55,069 nucleotides of DNA from an uncultured Candidatus Peregrinibacteria bacterium (GTDB lineage Bacteria > Patescibacteriota > Gracilibacteria > CAIRYL01), in contig CAIRYL010000168.1 in assembly GCA_903882825.1 (NCBI GenBank), positions 1-55,069 on the forward strand. Reading direction: 5' to 3'. Under the pieces are notes generated by a model, which was given only the letters and a program-made list of their open reading frames with translations, made no database searches and had not been told where the DNA came from. Both the position numbers and the translations under genes were made by a program. Below are positions 54,457 to 55,069 of this stretch, piece after piece (the first letter of the stretch is position 1; the number at the start of each line of letters is the position of its first letter).

Positions 54457-55069
54457 ATGAAACGCAAAACCCTTTTATTGTGGGCATTTATTTCTTTTTT
54501 ATCGGGAGTATTTGTTATGGATATTTGGAGAATGCCAGAATTATTATGGGGTGGGCTTCTTTTTTTCCCGCTCGCCTTTTTCCCAACAATTCCACTTCGT
54601 TCCATTTTTATATGGTCTCTTTTTTTTGTATTGGGGGGACTTCGGATTTTATGGGCTTTATCACCACTTCCTGTGCACCATATTTCATCGGTGGTTTTAA
54701 AAAATACCGACGAACAAGAAATAGAAATGAGCGGTATTGTTGATCGATTTCCAGAAGAATATGCCGATAAAACAAAAATTTTTGTTCGTGCAGAAACAGT
54801 ATTCTTCCAAAATCAAGAAAAATTTGTGTCTGGAACAGTATTAGTAAATATTCCGGCAGACATTTCGGTTCAATACGGAGATCGTATTATAGTTTCTGGA
54901 ATACTCAAAAAACCATTTCTGATTGAAAATTTTAATTATGCACGATATCTGGAAAAAGAAGGTGTATATTCTTATTTCCCCTGGTCACGGGTACAAATTT
55001 CTTTCCCTGGAGATCTTTCTGTAAAAGAAAAATTTTGGAGAAAAATATTTAAGGTACGGACGCCGGTTC
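54457..55069 (+). CDS. comEC: ComEC/Rec2-family competence channel protein, N-terminal part (DUF4131 region). The 3' end is truncated by the window edge.
   Basis: Not in the ORF track because the frame stays open to the edge. My translation from the ATG at 54457 is MKRKTLLLWAFISFLSGVFVMDIW...GGLRILWALSP...MSGIVDRFPEEYADKTKIFVRAE...YGDRIIVSGILKKPFLIENFNYARYLEKEGVYSY. The last part is the typical OB-like ComEC N-terminal motif (F.Y..YL...GI). Confidence 0.7.
   Translation, partial: MKRKTLLLWAFISFLSGVFVMDIWRMPELLWGGLLFFPLAFFPTIPLRSIFIWSLFFVLGGLRILWALSPLPVHHISSVVLKNTDEQEIEMSGIVDRFPEEYADKTKIFVRAETVFFQNQEKFVSGTVLVNIPADISVQYGDRIIVSGILKKPFLIENFNYARYLEKEGVYSYFPWSRVQISFPGDLSVKEKFWRKIFKVRTPV

Noticed and set aside
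1-55069. Alternative genetic code (UGA recoding, as in Gracilibacteria/SR1)
   Set aside because: All recognisable housekeeping genes give full-length, uninterrupted ORFs under the standard code. Recoding is therefore unnecessary.

Overview
This is a 55-kb, AT-rich, tightly packed bacterial chromosome segment. GC is roughly mid-30s % by eye; I did not compute it. Genes often overlap by 4 nt (ATGA) or converge with overlapping ends. Most ORFs are recognisable housekeeping genes:
- Partial S41 Ctp protease at the left edge.
- Translation and RNA: L33, L28, miaB, tgt, aspS, proS.
- DNA repair and uptake: nth-like, recG, ruvC, and a partial comEC at the right edge.
- Biosynthesis: argF, argJ, purC, fba, leuD, trpA, trpF, nadA, pyrG, and an aminotransferase.
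- Other: ridA, trxB, hflX, an M50 protease, dnaJ, and a VanX-like dipeptidase.

Four tRNAs lie on the minus strand, all with encoded CCA: Tyr-GTA, Pro-TGG, Met/Ile2-CAT and Lys-CTT.

Interspersed are lineage-specific secreted or membrane proteins: an 818-aa Big/FN3 adhesin-like protein, a 1119-aa anchored protein and two lipoproteins. The patchy biosynthetic repertoire, low GC and surface-protein load suggest a reduced-genome Patescibacteria/CPR-like organism, possibly Peregrinibacteria-like. That is inference only. The standard genetic code fits.

Best accessory candidates:
1. A single-gene ABC-ATPase + TOPRIM (OLD / fused PARIS-like) protein between nadA and ruvC, visibly more AT-rich than its neighbours.
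2. A RelE-like/RHH type II toxin-antitoxin pair bracketed by opposing terminators.
3. A small islet between trxB and aspS, holding a membrane protein plus a decayed tandem copy of its 5' end.
4. Two identical tandem copies of a decayed tRNA-Tyr-like sequence next to the real tRNA-Tyr.
5. A promoter-equipped two-gene cassette of unknown function (7178-8567).

Also unusual:
- A trpF whose catalytic N-terminal motif lies upstream of any canonical start codon.
- A cluster-less endonuclease III.
- An orphan leuD.
- An orphan trpA-trpF pair.
- A truncated Mur-ligase-like ORF.
- A transporter-HEAT fusion.

No CRISPR array, rRNA, transposase or integrase was seen.
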